This document shows positions 37,801-49,800 of a stretch of 64,000 nucleotides of DNA, piece by piece. Both the position numbers and the translations under genes were made by a program. The notes beneath the pieces were generated by a model that was given only the letters and a program-made list of their open reading frames with translations, searched no databases and had not been told where the DNA came from. Source of the stretch: Mobula hypostoma (taxonomy: Eukaryota); contig NC_086109.1 in NCBI RefSeq assembly GCF_963921235.1, positions 6,760,001 to 6,824,000 of the forward strand. The letters run 5' to 3'. Numbering within the stretch: the first letter of the stretch is position 1; each line of letters begins with the position of its first letter.

Positions 37801-40800
37801 AGGGAGAGAGGGAGAGAGGGAGGGAGAGAGGGAGGGAGGGAGAGAGGGAGGGAGAGAGGGAGGGAGGGAGGGAGAGAGGGAGGGAGGGAGGGAGGGAGAG
37901 AGGGAGGGAGGGAGGGAGGGAGGGAGGGAGAGAGGGAGGGAGGGAGGGAGGGAGAGAGGGAGGGAGGATGGGTTGAGGACATAACAAAATTACTGTATAA
38001 AAGCAAAGGCTTCGGCAAGGGTTGATCGTAAGTATCGTAGCCGATGAGGTTTACCCGAGGCGCGGTTATTGCTTATTGAAAAGGGTTGATCGTATTTGTA
38101 ACACATCCCATGTTCTCTGTTACAGCGGTGGTCTTGCTGGCGTGCCTGCAACTGGGTGAGTCTCTCAATCTGCGTAACTCAAATCGTTGCTTCCCTTTCT
38201 CTCTGTTGGGTCGAGGTGTTCTCCTCACTCCTGTTTCCCGCCCGCAGGCTCTGCCTACAGACTGGTTTGCTACTTCACAAACTGGGCTCAGTACAGACCC
38301 GGAGAGGGGAAATACCTGCCCAAGAATGTGGACCCCTGCCTGTGCACGCATGTGATCTACGCCTTCGCCGGGATGAAGAACAACGAGATCACCACCTACG
38401 AATGGAACGACCCGAAACTCTACCACGAAATCAACAGCCTTAAGAACAAGTATGAGCGCACAGTAACCGCTGACAATATTAACGATGGAACACACACTCA
38501 ACAGTTTAGGAACAGCTTCCCTCTGCCTTCAGATTTCTGAACACTATTTTCACCACCTATTCAATGCAACATTTGAATATATATTTCTTACCGTAATTTA
38601 TCGTAATTAATGTATTGCACTGCGCGTCTGCCGCAAGACAAGCCTGTCGGTGATATTAAACCCGATTGTGAAAGTACGCAGGCGCGCTGTTGAGAAGGGG
38701 AATTAACCAGCCACGATGGAATGGCGAGGCAGACTTGACGGGCCGAGTAGCTTAATTCTGCTCCAGTGTCTTACGGTTTTATGATTTCGACCTGAAACGT
38801 GGTAAATTCTTCCCCCTCCCTACCGATGATGCTTCATATAACCCCAAGGGATATCCGGAGCAACACACACAAAATGGTTAATACCGAGCGGGGGGCGTAA
38901 TTGGAGGAGAGTATGGGGGGAGGATGTCAGAGGTAGGTTTCTGACACAGAGAGTGTTGGGTGCGTGGAACGCCCTGCCAGGGGTGGCGGTACAGGCGGAT
39001 ATATTAGGGAGATTTAGCAAATTTAGGTCGGCACCTGGATGATAGGAAAATGGAGAGCTATGTGGGAGGGAAGGGTTAAATTGGTCTTAGAGTAAGTTAA
39101 AATGCCAGCACAACATTGTGGGCCGAAGGGCCTGTACTGTGCTGCAGTGTTCTATGTTCCAGACTGCTGGGGAAACACAGCAAGTCAGGCAGCATCTATG
39201 GAGTGGAATAAACAGTCGACATTTTGGGCTGATACCCTTTATCAGAAGCTGAGTCTTAGCCAGAAACGTTGATTGTTTATTCCTGTCTGTACATGCTGCC
39301 TGACCTGCTGAGTTCCTCCAGCGTTTTGTGTGTTCCTTCTGCTCCCAGCATCTGTGATCTCTCATGTCTCTATTTTCATAAGTTGGAAAATGTCCATGAA
39401 ATTACAGCTGGGTGGAGCAGATCTGAGTCCAATTAGGCTCAACTCAACCAAAAATTCACCCAGTTTCTTGCTTTAAGCAACAAAACATCCTGTAAACACC
39501 GAGTGTTTCACCTGATGTTCTTTGACATAGTCAATCAAGCAAACTTGTCGCAGCTACTGAACCTTTTGTATGCCCACCATGTGTGCAGACCTGTTCTACG
39601 CCCAGAGTAAGAAGGATATTACCAGATATGATTCAGTTCCCCCCAGACACCTGCAAACACACAAGGCAGCTCGTGGTTTTCCACATGTTTTCAGTGATAA
39701 GATGTCACACTCCATTTGATGGAGACGTTGCCAACCTGTGCCCCGTTTGAACGATTTGAGCCATGCATACAGTGCTGGAGGAGCTCAGCAGGTCAGGCAG
39801 CAATTATGAATGGGAATAAACACAGTTGACGGTTTGGGTCGAGACCAGAGCATCGACAGTTTACTCCCCTCCATAGATGCAGAGTTCCTCCAGCATTTTG
39901 TGTGTGTGTGTGTGTTATTCAGCATTTCGATCATATGCAGAATCTGTTCTGTTTAGGATTTCTTCCATGCATATTGTTTAGGGGATATTCTGGAAAAAAT
40001 GTTTAACTTGCAATAAATATCATTTAATCAGAATCTGAATCAGAATCAGGTTTAATATCACCAGCATATGTCATGAAATTTGTTAACTTTGCCGCAGCAG
40101 TGAAATGCAATACATGATAATAGAGAGAAAAAGCTGTGAACTACAGTAAGTGTGTGTATATATTTAATATATAAGTAGGTAGTGCAAAAAAAATGCTGAG
40201 GTAGTGTTCATGAGTTCAACGTCCTTTCAGGATTTGGATGGCAGAGAGGAAGAAGCTGTTCCTGAATCACTGATCATAGATCATGGATACATGCCCTTCA
40301 GCCCACAATGTGAGACTGGCCCATTACTTAAGGGCCATGTTTCACTGCCTTTGCCCCTCACTATCTCCGAATCCTGCTGGTTGCACATTGGGGCAAATTG
40401 TCTCAATTAAATTTAACGGCAAAAGAACAGAAATTCCTGCAAAGTCCAAGCAATGTCCTGTCCCTCTGATTGTTATTCTAAAACAATATTTTCTTCATTT
40501 TTTTTCCCACAGGAACGCAAACCTCAAGACTCTCCTGTCGATCGGTGGCTGGAACTTTGGAACTCGGAGGTAAGATGGAAACTTACACATCATTCTCCAC
40601 ACATTCCGCTACTACCAAAGGGATCCTACCGCCTATCTTTATCTCCACCCCCTCCCTACCAAAGAGATCCTACCGCCTATCTTTATCTCCACCCCCTCCC
40701 TACCAAAGGGATCCTACCGCCTATCTTTATCTCCACCCCCTCCAGTTTCTGCTGGGATCCACGATTCCCTTGTACAAATGTTTGTACATTCGCCCTTCCC

Positions 40801-43800
40801 CACTAATTTCCCTCCTGGGACTTAGCCCTGCAAGCGGCCAGACTTCTAAAACTGCCCATTGACCACTTTCCTCACCTCCATTCAGAGCCCCAGACAGTCC
40901 TTCCAGGTGAGGAGACTCCTCACCTGTGAACCTGCTGGGGGTCGTCTGTTGTGCCCGGTGCTCCCGATGTGGCCTCCTCTACACTGATGAGACCTGTTGT
41001 AAGTTAGGGGACCGCTTCAGCGAGCACCTCCTTTTTATCCACCATAAACACTTTAATTCCAATTCCCATTCTTGTTCTGACATGTCGGTCCAAGGTCTTG
41101 TGCCAATATGAAGGGTCCCTCAGAGTGGAGGAGAAACTCCTTTTATTCTGTCTGGGTAGCTTCCGACCTGATGGCATGAATATTGATTTCTCCTTCTGGT
41201 AAAAATGAATTTTTTCTCCCCCCTCTCCTCTTCTTCTACTTCCCACTCTGGCTTATTTCCTCTTTTCCCCACCTGCCTATTAGCTTCCCCTGGGTCCCCT
41301 CCTCCTTTTTCTCCTGTGGTCTACTCTCCTCTCCTATCAGACTCCTTCCCCTCCACCCCTTTACCTTTCCCACCCTCCTGGCTTCACCCAATCACCTTCT
41401 ATTATCCTTACTCTCCACTCCTTTCCTATTTTGGTGCCTTCCCCCATCGTTTCCAGTCCTGAACAAGGGTCTCAGCCCAAAATGCTGACTGTTGATTCAT
41501 TTCCAATGATGCTGCCTGTCCTGCTGAGTTTCTCCAGCGTTTTGTGTGTGTGTGTTGCTCTGGATTTTCAGCATCTGACCTCCAAACGTTTTATAGTTTA
41601 TTACATGTTTTTGAAGTGTTGGAAAAGCAGCTGCCAATTTATTCACAACAGTGAGTTCAATGACCAAACCATCTATTTCAGGTGTTGTTCTTCTAATGGT
41701 TCTGAAGAAACATTTAATGTCTACCTTGGTCCAAAAGCTCATTTGCAGAGCAAAACGCCTGACCGTGTAACATTGCGTCTGTGTTAAAGATGGAAATTTT
41801 GTATTTGGGTGTCAGATGACAATTACTTCACTTCTAGTTGCTTGGGCTATCAAATGAACCTGTTTTGGAAAAGATATCCTTGTAGTCTTAAATAAATATA
41901 TAGGGGATTACAGTACAGTAACCTGTTCAGTGAGCATTATTAAACTGAGCAGTGTACAGAGTTCAAATTGAGTAATGTAGGTGACTGTCTGCCAGGAAAT
42001 AATGATAATGTCATTTTCAGAAAGTATCATTATACCTGATGCCTCAGGTGAATCCAGGTACAAGGAACAAATTTTACAGGATCTTGGGTACTTAATGAGG
42101 GAATGGGTAAATCTGTACCTGAAAGGATCTAACAACAGAGTTATTATAGTACTGAGCTGGAGCTTAGGAGCCTGGATTGTTCCCACTGTACAGGGAAATT
42201 TTCACAAAGGGTTAACTTGCAGGTTGAGTCCATGGTGAGGTATGCAAGTGCAATGTTATCATTCATTTTGAGAGGACTGGAATACAAAAGCAAGGATGTA
42301 ATGCTGAGGCTTTATAAGGCATTGGTCAGACTGCACTTGGAGTATTGCAAGCCCTTAATCCAAGAAAGGAGATGCTGGCATTGGAGAAGGTCCAGAGAAG
42401 GTTTACAAGCATGATCACGGTAATGAAAGGGTTGATGTATGAGTTGTGTTTGTTGGCTCTGGGCCTGTATGCGCTGGAGTTTAGATGAATGAGGGGGTGG
42501 GGAACTCCTTGAAACTTATCAAATATTGAAAGGCCTAGATAGACTGGAGGCACGTGGTCAAGTGGTTAAGGCGTTGGTCTAGTGATCTGAAGGTCGCTAG
42601 TTCGAGCCTCAGCTGAGGCAGCGTGTTGCGTCCTTGAGCAAGGCACTTAACTACACATTGCTGTGCGACGACACCAGTGCCAAGCTGTATCGGTCCTAGT
42701 GCCCTTCCCTTGGACAACATCGGTGGCGTGGAGAGGGGAGACTTGCAGCATGGGCAACTGCCGGTCTTCCATACAACCTTGCCCAGGCCTGTGCCCTGGA
42801 AACTTTCCAAGGCGCAAATCCATGGTCTCACGAGACTAGCGGATGCCCATAAAGACATCCTGGAGAGGATGTTTCCTTTAGTGGGGGAGTCTAGGACCAG
42901 AGGGCACAGCTTCAGAACAGAAGGACATCTCTTTAGAACAGAGATGAGACTGAATTTCTGTAACCAGAGGGTGACGAATCTGTGGAATTTATTGTCACCG
43001 ACAGCTGTGGAGGCCAAGTCATTGGGTGTATTTAAAGCGAAGGTTGATAGGTTTTTGATTAGTAAGGGTGTCAAGGATTAAAAAGGGGAGAAGGCAGGAG
43101 AATGGAGATGAGATGCATCATAAATCGGCTATGATGGAATAGTGGAACAGACTTAATAAGCCGAACGGCCTAATTCTGCTTCTTAGGGTCTAACAAAAGC
43201 CTGCCTACTTCTTTAGGAGGGGGTGTAGCTGTCGGATCCTGGTGTTTTTGTGATTCGGAGGTTTGGAAGTCAAGAATGAAACATAAAATTTATTCTTTGC
43301 AGAAAGAAACATAGAATTTATTCTTTGCAGAGAACAGAGAAACTGTGGTCACCCTAAAGCAGGAGTTCCCAACCTAGGGTCCAAAGACCCCTGGGTTAAT
43401 GGTATGGGTCCATGGCATACAAAAGGTTGGGAACCCCTGATCTATACTGACAGCTACCATTGCTGGAGGATGAGAATTCAAAGCTTGAGTGAAGAAATAT
43501 CACCCTGAAACTTATGAAGATCGGTAGAATTATTAGGGTTGAAAAAAAATGCAGCAATTATCAATTCTATGATGGGAAGATATTAAAGGTTGCCTGGTTT
43601 ATTTTGAAATATTAAAGGATACCAAGTTGTTAAAAATATTTGTGTTACAAAGACCAAATGCATCACTCCTGATGCTTGTCTCATCTCCTCGCAGATTCAC
43701 CACGATGGTGGCCTCAGCAGGAACTCGCCAGATCTTCATAAAGTCTGTGATCAGCTTCCTGAGGGGTTATGGCTTTGATGGTTTGGACCTCGATTGGGAA

Positions 43801-46800
43801 TATCCTGGGTCTAGAGGGAGTCCTGCTGTTGATAAACACCTCTATACCGTTCTGGTCCAGGTAAGGTCAAATATAATTAACTATGTGCTTCACCACCGGT
43901 TAAACTGTTGAATATATTCTATATATTAAAAATTAATCTCAAGATTCTCACCAGGAACAATTTTCCACAGATTAGATGAAGGAATTTATGCATTGCCATA
44001 TATTCTATTTAGCCGGCCGCTGGTGTAGTGGTGTCTGCACTGGACTTCGAGGCGAGTGGTCCCAGGTTCGAATCCGGCCGGCTCCTTGCATGCTTTCCAT
44101 CCGTGCTGGGTTGCATGCTGAGCTAGCAACTCGGCCTCGTAAAAAAACAGAGAAAAATGCTAAAGAAACGATAAGGTTGCCACCCGATGCGCCACGAGGC
44201 ACGGAGAGGAACAACAAATATAATCTTGGAGAGTTACAGAATGGAAGTCAGTTCCTGGCCCACCAAATCCATGCCAACCTTTCTTTTCAATTTACTCCCA
44301 ACCTATGTTAATCCGCATTTTTTACATTCTCCCTCCTTACAGCATGGATTCCATCTCTCACCTGCACACTAGGGGTGGTTTACAGTGGCCTACTAACCTG
44401 CTGGATGTATATCTTTGGGATGTGGGAAGACACTGGAGCACTCAGGGAAACTCCCATTGGTTCTGTCTACACTTCCCACAGTCAACATCATCAAGGGCCC
44501 CTCCAGACTTGGTTATTCTGTCTTGCCCCTCCCTCTCATCAGGCAAAGCCTGAGAACACGTACCACCAGGCTCAAGGACAATTTCTATCCATGGAGTCAT
44601 AGAAAAGTACAGCACAGAAACATGCCCTTTGGCCCATCCAGTCCATGCTGAACCATTTAAGTTGCCTAGTCCCATCGACCTGCACCTGGACCTTAGCCCA
44701 CCATATGTCTACTACCTATGCACCTATCCAAACTTCTATTAATGTTGAAATTCAGCTCTCATGCACTACTTGTGCTGGCAGCTCATTCCACACTCTCATG
44801 GCCCTCTGAGTGAAGAAGAATCCCTCATGTTCCCCTTAAACTTTTCACCTTTCATCCTTAACCCATGACCTCTAGTTGTAGTCCCACACAACCTCAGTGG
44901 AAAAAGTCTGTTTGCTCTTACCCTACCTATACCTCTTATAATTTTGTATACCTCTATCAAATCTCCCCCCAGTCTTCTATGTTCCAAGGAATAACGTTCT
45001 AACCTATTCAATCTTCCCTTATAACTCGGGTCATCCCGGCAACATCCTTGTAAATTTTCTCTCTACTCTTTCAACCTTATTTATATCTTTCCTGTGGGTA
45101 GGTGACCAAAGCTGCACTCAATACTCCAAATCAGGCCTCACCTATGTCTTGTACAACTTCGACATAACATCCCATCTCCTGTCCTCAATAACTGCTTTCA
45201 GATTCAACAGTTCAATAGTTCAATGGTTCCTTTTAATATCAGGGGAATGTATTCAATATACATCCTGAAATTTTTTTTCTTCGCAGGAATCCACAAAAAC
45301 AGGAGAATGAATGACAATTAAAACATTCCCTACTCCCCCTTCCCATGCACAAGCAGCAGCAAAGAATCGACCCTCCCCACGTCCACCTACTTCCGCTAAA
45401 AAACATCAACACCCTCCACCCACCAAGCAAGTCAAGTTTATTGTCATTGGGGGCCTTGACTTTTCAGGCCAAGACCCTTCATCAGAATTCTTTATTCCTT
45501 ACCTGCTCAGGATTTCCAGCACCTGCAGAATATCTCATTGCCACCATCAGGAAGCTGGTACAGACACACACTCAATACTTTAGGAACAGTTTTATCCTCC
45601 TACCATCAGGCCCCCAATAAAGACCCTGATCTACAGTACCACAAAAGCTAATCATTCACCTGACTATTTGACATGCCAAAGGCTCTGTGTCTCCCCCTAA
45701 TAAAGGGAACAAGAGGAGCCCTATCGTATACTAAAGATGTACCTTTGAACTCTTGATCTTCCAATTGACCTCATCATGGGCCTTGGATTTTATTTGTCTA
45801 TCTGTACTGCACTTTCTCTGTAAGTGTAACTATATTTCACATAAATACAAGGGATTCAGAATCAGAATCAGGTTTAATATCACAGGCATACATCATGAAA
45901 GTTGTCTTTGCAGTAGCAGTACAATGCAATACATAATAATAGAGAAGAAAAACCTGTGAATTAGGGAAAGTGTGTATATACATATATATATATATATATA
46001 TACATTGTTTTGTTGTTGTTTGTTGTTCGTCCATCGTTGACGTCGAAGAGGACCTCGACACCATTATGATGGTGTCAAGACTAGCGCGTGATTGGGATTT
46101 AAGTGAGGGAGAGTTGCGCAGCGTCAGCCTCACTCTCTCTTCCCAATTCCCATCTGGGTCCAGTGGCAAGACAGAGTCGAGATGGCTGGAGATGGGACTA
46201 GGCGCAGTGGATGACCAGGACATCTTCTGTGTCTTGTCCTGCTCTACACGTTCCACGACGCTTGCAGAGACCGCCTTCTTGACCGTTGGACCTTCCGCTG
46301 GTCTCGTCCGCTCAATCCGCCGGAGTCTGTCTTCACATGCTGGGATAGACAACTCCCTATCTCACCGAGGGTTTGAGACCCGTCGGCTACCCTCACCTGG
46401 TTTAGCTGGCTTGTCGAAGCCGTTGCCCGGGGTGTGGCCACTGTCGCGTGCAAACAGCTACGGGGAGCCACAGGTGAGAGCTGAGTGCCAGGTGGAGACC
46501 AAAGGTGGACTAACCGCCCTGAAAAGGACGCGACATGTTCCCCCACCAGAGGTGCTACCCCCCCCCCCGACACCCCATATACACATATACACACTTGGTT
46601 ATACAAACTAGTTAAATTAAATCAACATACATCAAAGTTGCTGGTGAACGCAGCAGGCCAAGCAGCATCTATAGGAAGAGGCGCAGTCGACGTTTCAGGC
46701 CGAGACCCTTCGTCAGGACTAACTGAAGGAAGAGTGAGTAAGGGATTTGAAAGCTGGAGGGGGAGGGGGAGATGCAAAATGATAGGAGAAGACAGGAGGG

Positions 46801-49800
46801 GGAGGGATGGAGCCGAGAGCTAGACAGGTGATAGGCAGCAGGGGATACGAGAGGATCATGGGACAGGAGGTCTGGGAAGAAAGACGGGGGGGGGGGAGTG
46901 ACCCAGAGGATGGGCAAGAGGTATATTCAGAGGGACAGAGGGAGAAAAAGGAGAGTGAGAGAAAGAATGTGTGCATAAAAAAGAGTAACAGATGGGGTAC
47001 GAGGGGGAGGTGGGGCCTAGCGGAAGTTAGAGAAGTCAATGTTCATGCCATCAGGTTGGAGGCTACCTATACGGAATATAAGGTGTTGTTCCTCCAACCT
47101 GAGTGTGGCTTCATCTTTACAGTAGAGGAGGCCGTGGATAGACATGTCAGAATGGGAATGGGATGTGGAATTAAAATGTGTGGCCACTGGGAGATCCTGC
47201 TTTCTCTGGCGGACAGAGCGTAGATGTTCAGCAAAGCGGTCTCCCAGTCTGCGTCAGGTCTCACCAATATATAAAAGGCCACATCGGGAGCACCGGACGC
47301 AGTATATCACCCCAGTCGACTCACAGGTGAAGTGATGCCTCACCTGGAAGGACTGTTTGGGGCCCTGAATGGTGGTAAGGGAGGAAGTGTAAGGGCATGT
47401 GTAGCACTTGTTCCGCTTACACGGATAAGTGCCAGGAGGGAGATCAGTGGGGAGGGATGGGGGGGACGAATGGACAAGGGAGTTGTGTAGGGAGCGATCC
47501 CTGCGGAATGCAGAGAGAGGGGGGGAGGGAAAGATATGCTTAGTGGTGGGATCCCGTTGGAGGTGGCGGAAGTTACGGAGAATAATATGTTGGACCCGGA
47601 GGCTGGTGGGGTGGTAGGTGAGGACCAGGGGAACCCTATTCCTAGTGGGGTGGTGGGAGGATGGAGTGAGAGCAGATGTACGTGAAATGGGGGAGATGCG
47701 TTTAAGAGCAGAGTTGATAGTGGAGGAAGGGAAGCCCCTTTCTTTAAAAAATGAAGACATCTCCCTCGTCCTAGAATGAAAAGCCTCATCCTGAGAGCAG
47801 ATGCGGCGGAGACGGAGGAATTGCGAGAAGGGGATGGCGTTTTTGCAAGAGACAGGGTGAGAAGAGGAATAGTCCAGATAGCTGTGAGAGTCAGTAGGCT
47901 TATAGTAGACATCAGTGGATAAGCTGTCTCCAGAGACAGAGACAGAAAGATCTAGAAAGGGGAGGGAGGTGTCGGAAATGGACCAGGTAAACTTGAGGGC
48001 AGGGTGAAAGTTGGAGGCAAAGTTAATAAAGTCAACGAGTTCTGCATGCGTGCAGGAAGCAGCACCAATGCAGTCGTCGATGTAGCGAAGGAAAAGTGGG
48101 GGACAGATACCAGAATAGGCATGGAACATAGATTGTTCCACAAACCCAACAAAAAGGCAGGCATAGCTAGGACCCATACGGGTGCCCATAGCTACACCTT
48201 TAGTTTGGAGGAAATGGGAGGAGCAAAAGGAGAAATTATTAAGAGTAAGGACTAATTCTGCTAGACGGAGCAGAGTGGTGGTAGAGGGGAACTGATTAGG
48301 TCTGGAATCCAAAAAGAAGCGTAGAGCTTTGAGACCTTCCTGATGGGGGATGGAAGTATATAGGGACTGGAGATCCATGGTGAAAATAAAGCGGTGGGGG
48401 CCAGGGAACTTAAAATCATCGAAAAGTTTAAGAGCGTGAGAAGTGTCACGAACATAGGTCGGAAGGGATTGAACAAGGGGTGATAAAACAGTGTCGAGGT
48501 ATGCAGAAACGAGTTCGGTGGGGCAGGAGCAAGCTGAGACAATAGGTCGGCCAGGACAGGCAGGTTTGTGGATCTTGGGTAGGAGGTAGAAACGGGAAGT
48601 GCGGGGTGTGGGAACTATAAGGTTGGTAGCAGTGGAAGGGAGATCCCCTGAGCGGATAAAGTCGTTGATAGTGTGGGAGACAATGGCCTGGTGCTCCTTA
48701 GACCCGACGCAGACTGGGAGACCGCTTTGCTGAACATCTACGCTCTGTCCGCCAGAGAAAGCAGGATCTCCCAGTGGCCACACATTTTAATTCCACATCC
48801 CATTCCCATTCTGACATGTCTATCCACGGCCTCCTCTACTGTAAAGATGAAGCCACACTCAGGTTGGAGGAACAACACCTTATATTCCGTATAGGTAGCC
48901 TCCAACCTGATGGCATGAACATTGACTTCTCTAACTTCCGCTAGGCCCCACCTCCCCCTCGTACCCCATCTGTTACTCTTTTTTATGCACACATTCTTTC
49001 TCTCACTCTCCTTTTTCTCCCTCTGTCCCTCTGAATATACCTCTTGCCCATCCTCTGGGTCACTCCCCCCCCCCCCCGGTCTTTCTTCCCGGACCTCCTG
49101 TCCCATGATCCTCTCCTATCCCTTTTGCCTATCACCTGTCCAGCTCTCGGCTCTATCCCTCCGCCTCCTGTCTTCTCCTATCATTTTGCATCTCCCCCTC
49201 CCCCTCCAGCTTTCAAATCCCTTACTCACTCTTCCTTCAGTTAGTCCTGACGAAGGGTCTCGGCCTGAAACGTCGACTGCGCCTCTTCCTACAGATGCTG
49301 CTTGGCCTGCTGCGTTCACCAGCAACTTTGATGTATGTTGCTTGAATTTCCAGCATCTGCAGAATTCCTGTTGTTTGTAGTTAAATTAAATACTATGTGC
49401 AAAAATAGAAATAAAAAAAGTAGCGAGGTAGTGTTTATGTGTTAAATCTCCATTCAGAAATCTGGTGGCAGGAGGATAAAACTATTCCTAAAGTATTGAG
49501 TGAATATTGAGTGTGTGTCTGTACCAGCTTCCTGATGGTGGCAATGAAAGATTCTGCAGGTGCTGGAAATCCTGAGCAGGTCGGAATAAAGAACTCCGAT
49601 GAAGGGTCTCAGCCTGAAAGTCAAACATTTATTCCTCTTCTTTGATGTTGCCTGACTGCTTCCTGCAGTATCTTGAGTGTACTGTATTCTGTTTTCTTTT
49701 AACTTCCTTATGTATGGAATGATGAGTCTGGATTGCACACAGACAAATGATTTCTACCTGTCTTGGTACCCATGGCAATAATGAAACAACACCAATAAGG

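Larger units (their letters stand above)
46623..49377 (-). mobile_element. Penelope-like retroelement (RT + GIY-YIG endonuclease), 5'-truncated, with inverted 3' duplication
   Basis: ORF 47254-48783(-) contains [41 protein letters not shown] and [19 protein letters not shown] (GIY-YIG start). Inverted arms 46623-47261 and 48700-49340. 14-bp TSD TAGTTAAATTAAAT at 46609-46622 and 49378-49391. Confidence 0.93.

Noticed and set aside
36831..38018. Arg/Glu/Gly-rich and Pro/Ser/Leu-rich ORFs of 364-385 aa
   Set aside because: Artefacts of the GA microsatellite
37996..38060. Alternative promoter or first exon (TATAAAA at 37996, ATG at 38044)
   Set aside because: No convincing in-frame GT donor links this ATG to exon 2. 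The 28851 exon matches the known CHIA N-terminus and phase much better.
44014..44085. Possible tRNA gene
   Set aside because: A and B boxes are present but the anticodon and acceptor arms pair poorly. It continues into a SINE body and tail, and a second decayed copy exists at 24850-24935.
47254..48783. 509-aa ORF as a host gene or an active autonomous element
   Set aside because: Its first ~28 codons come from the inverted arm, the element is 5'-truncated, and the endonuclease is cut by a nonsense mutation
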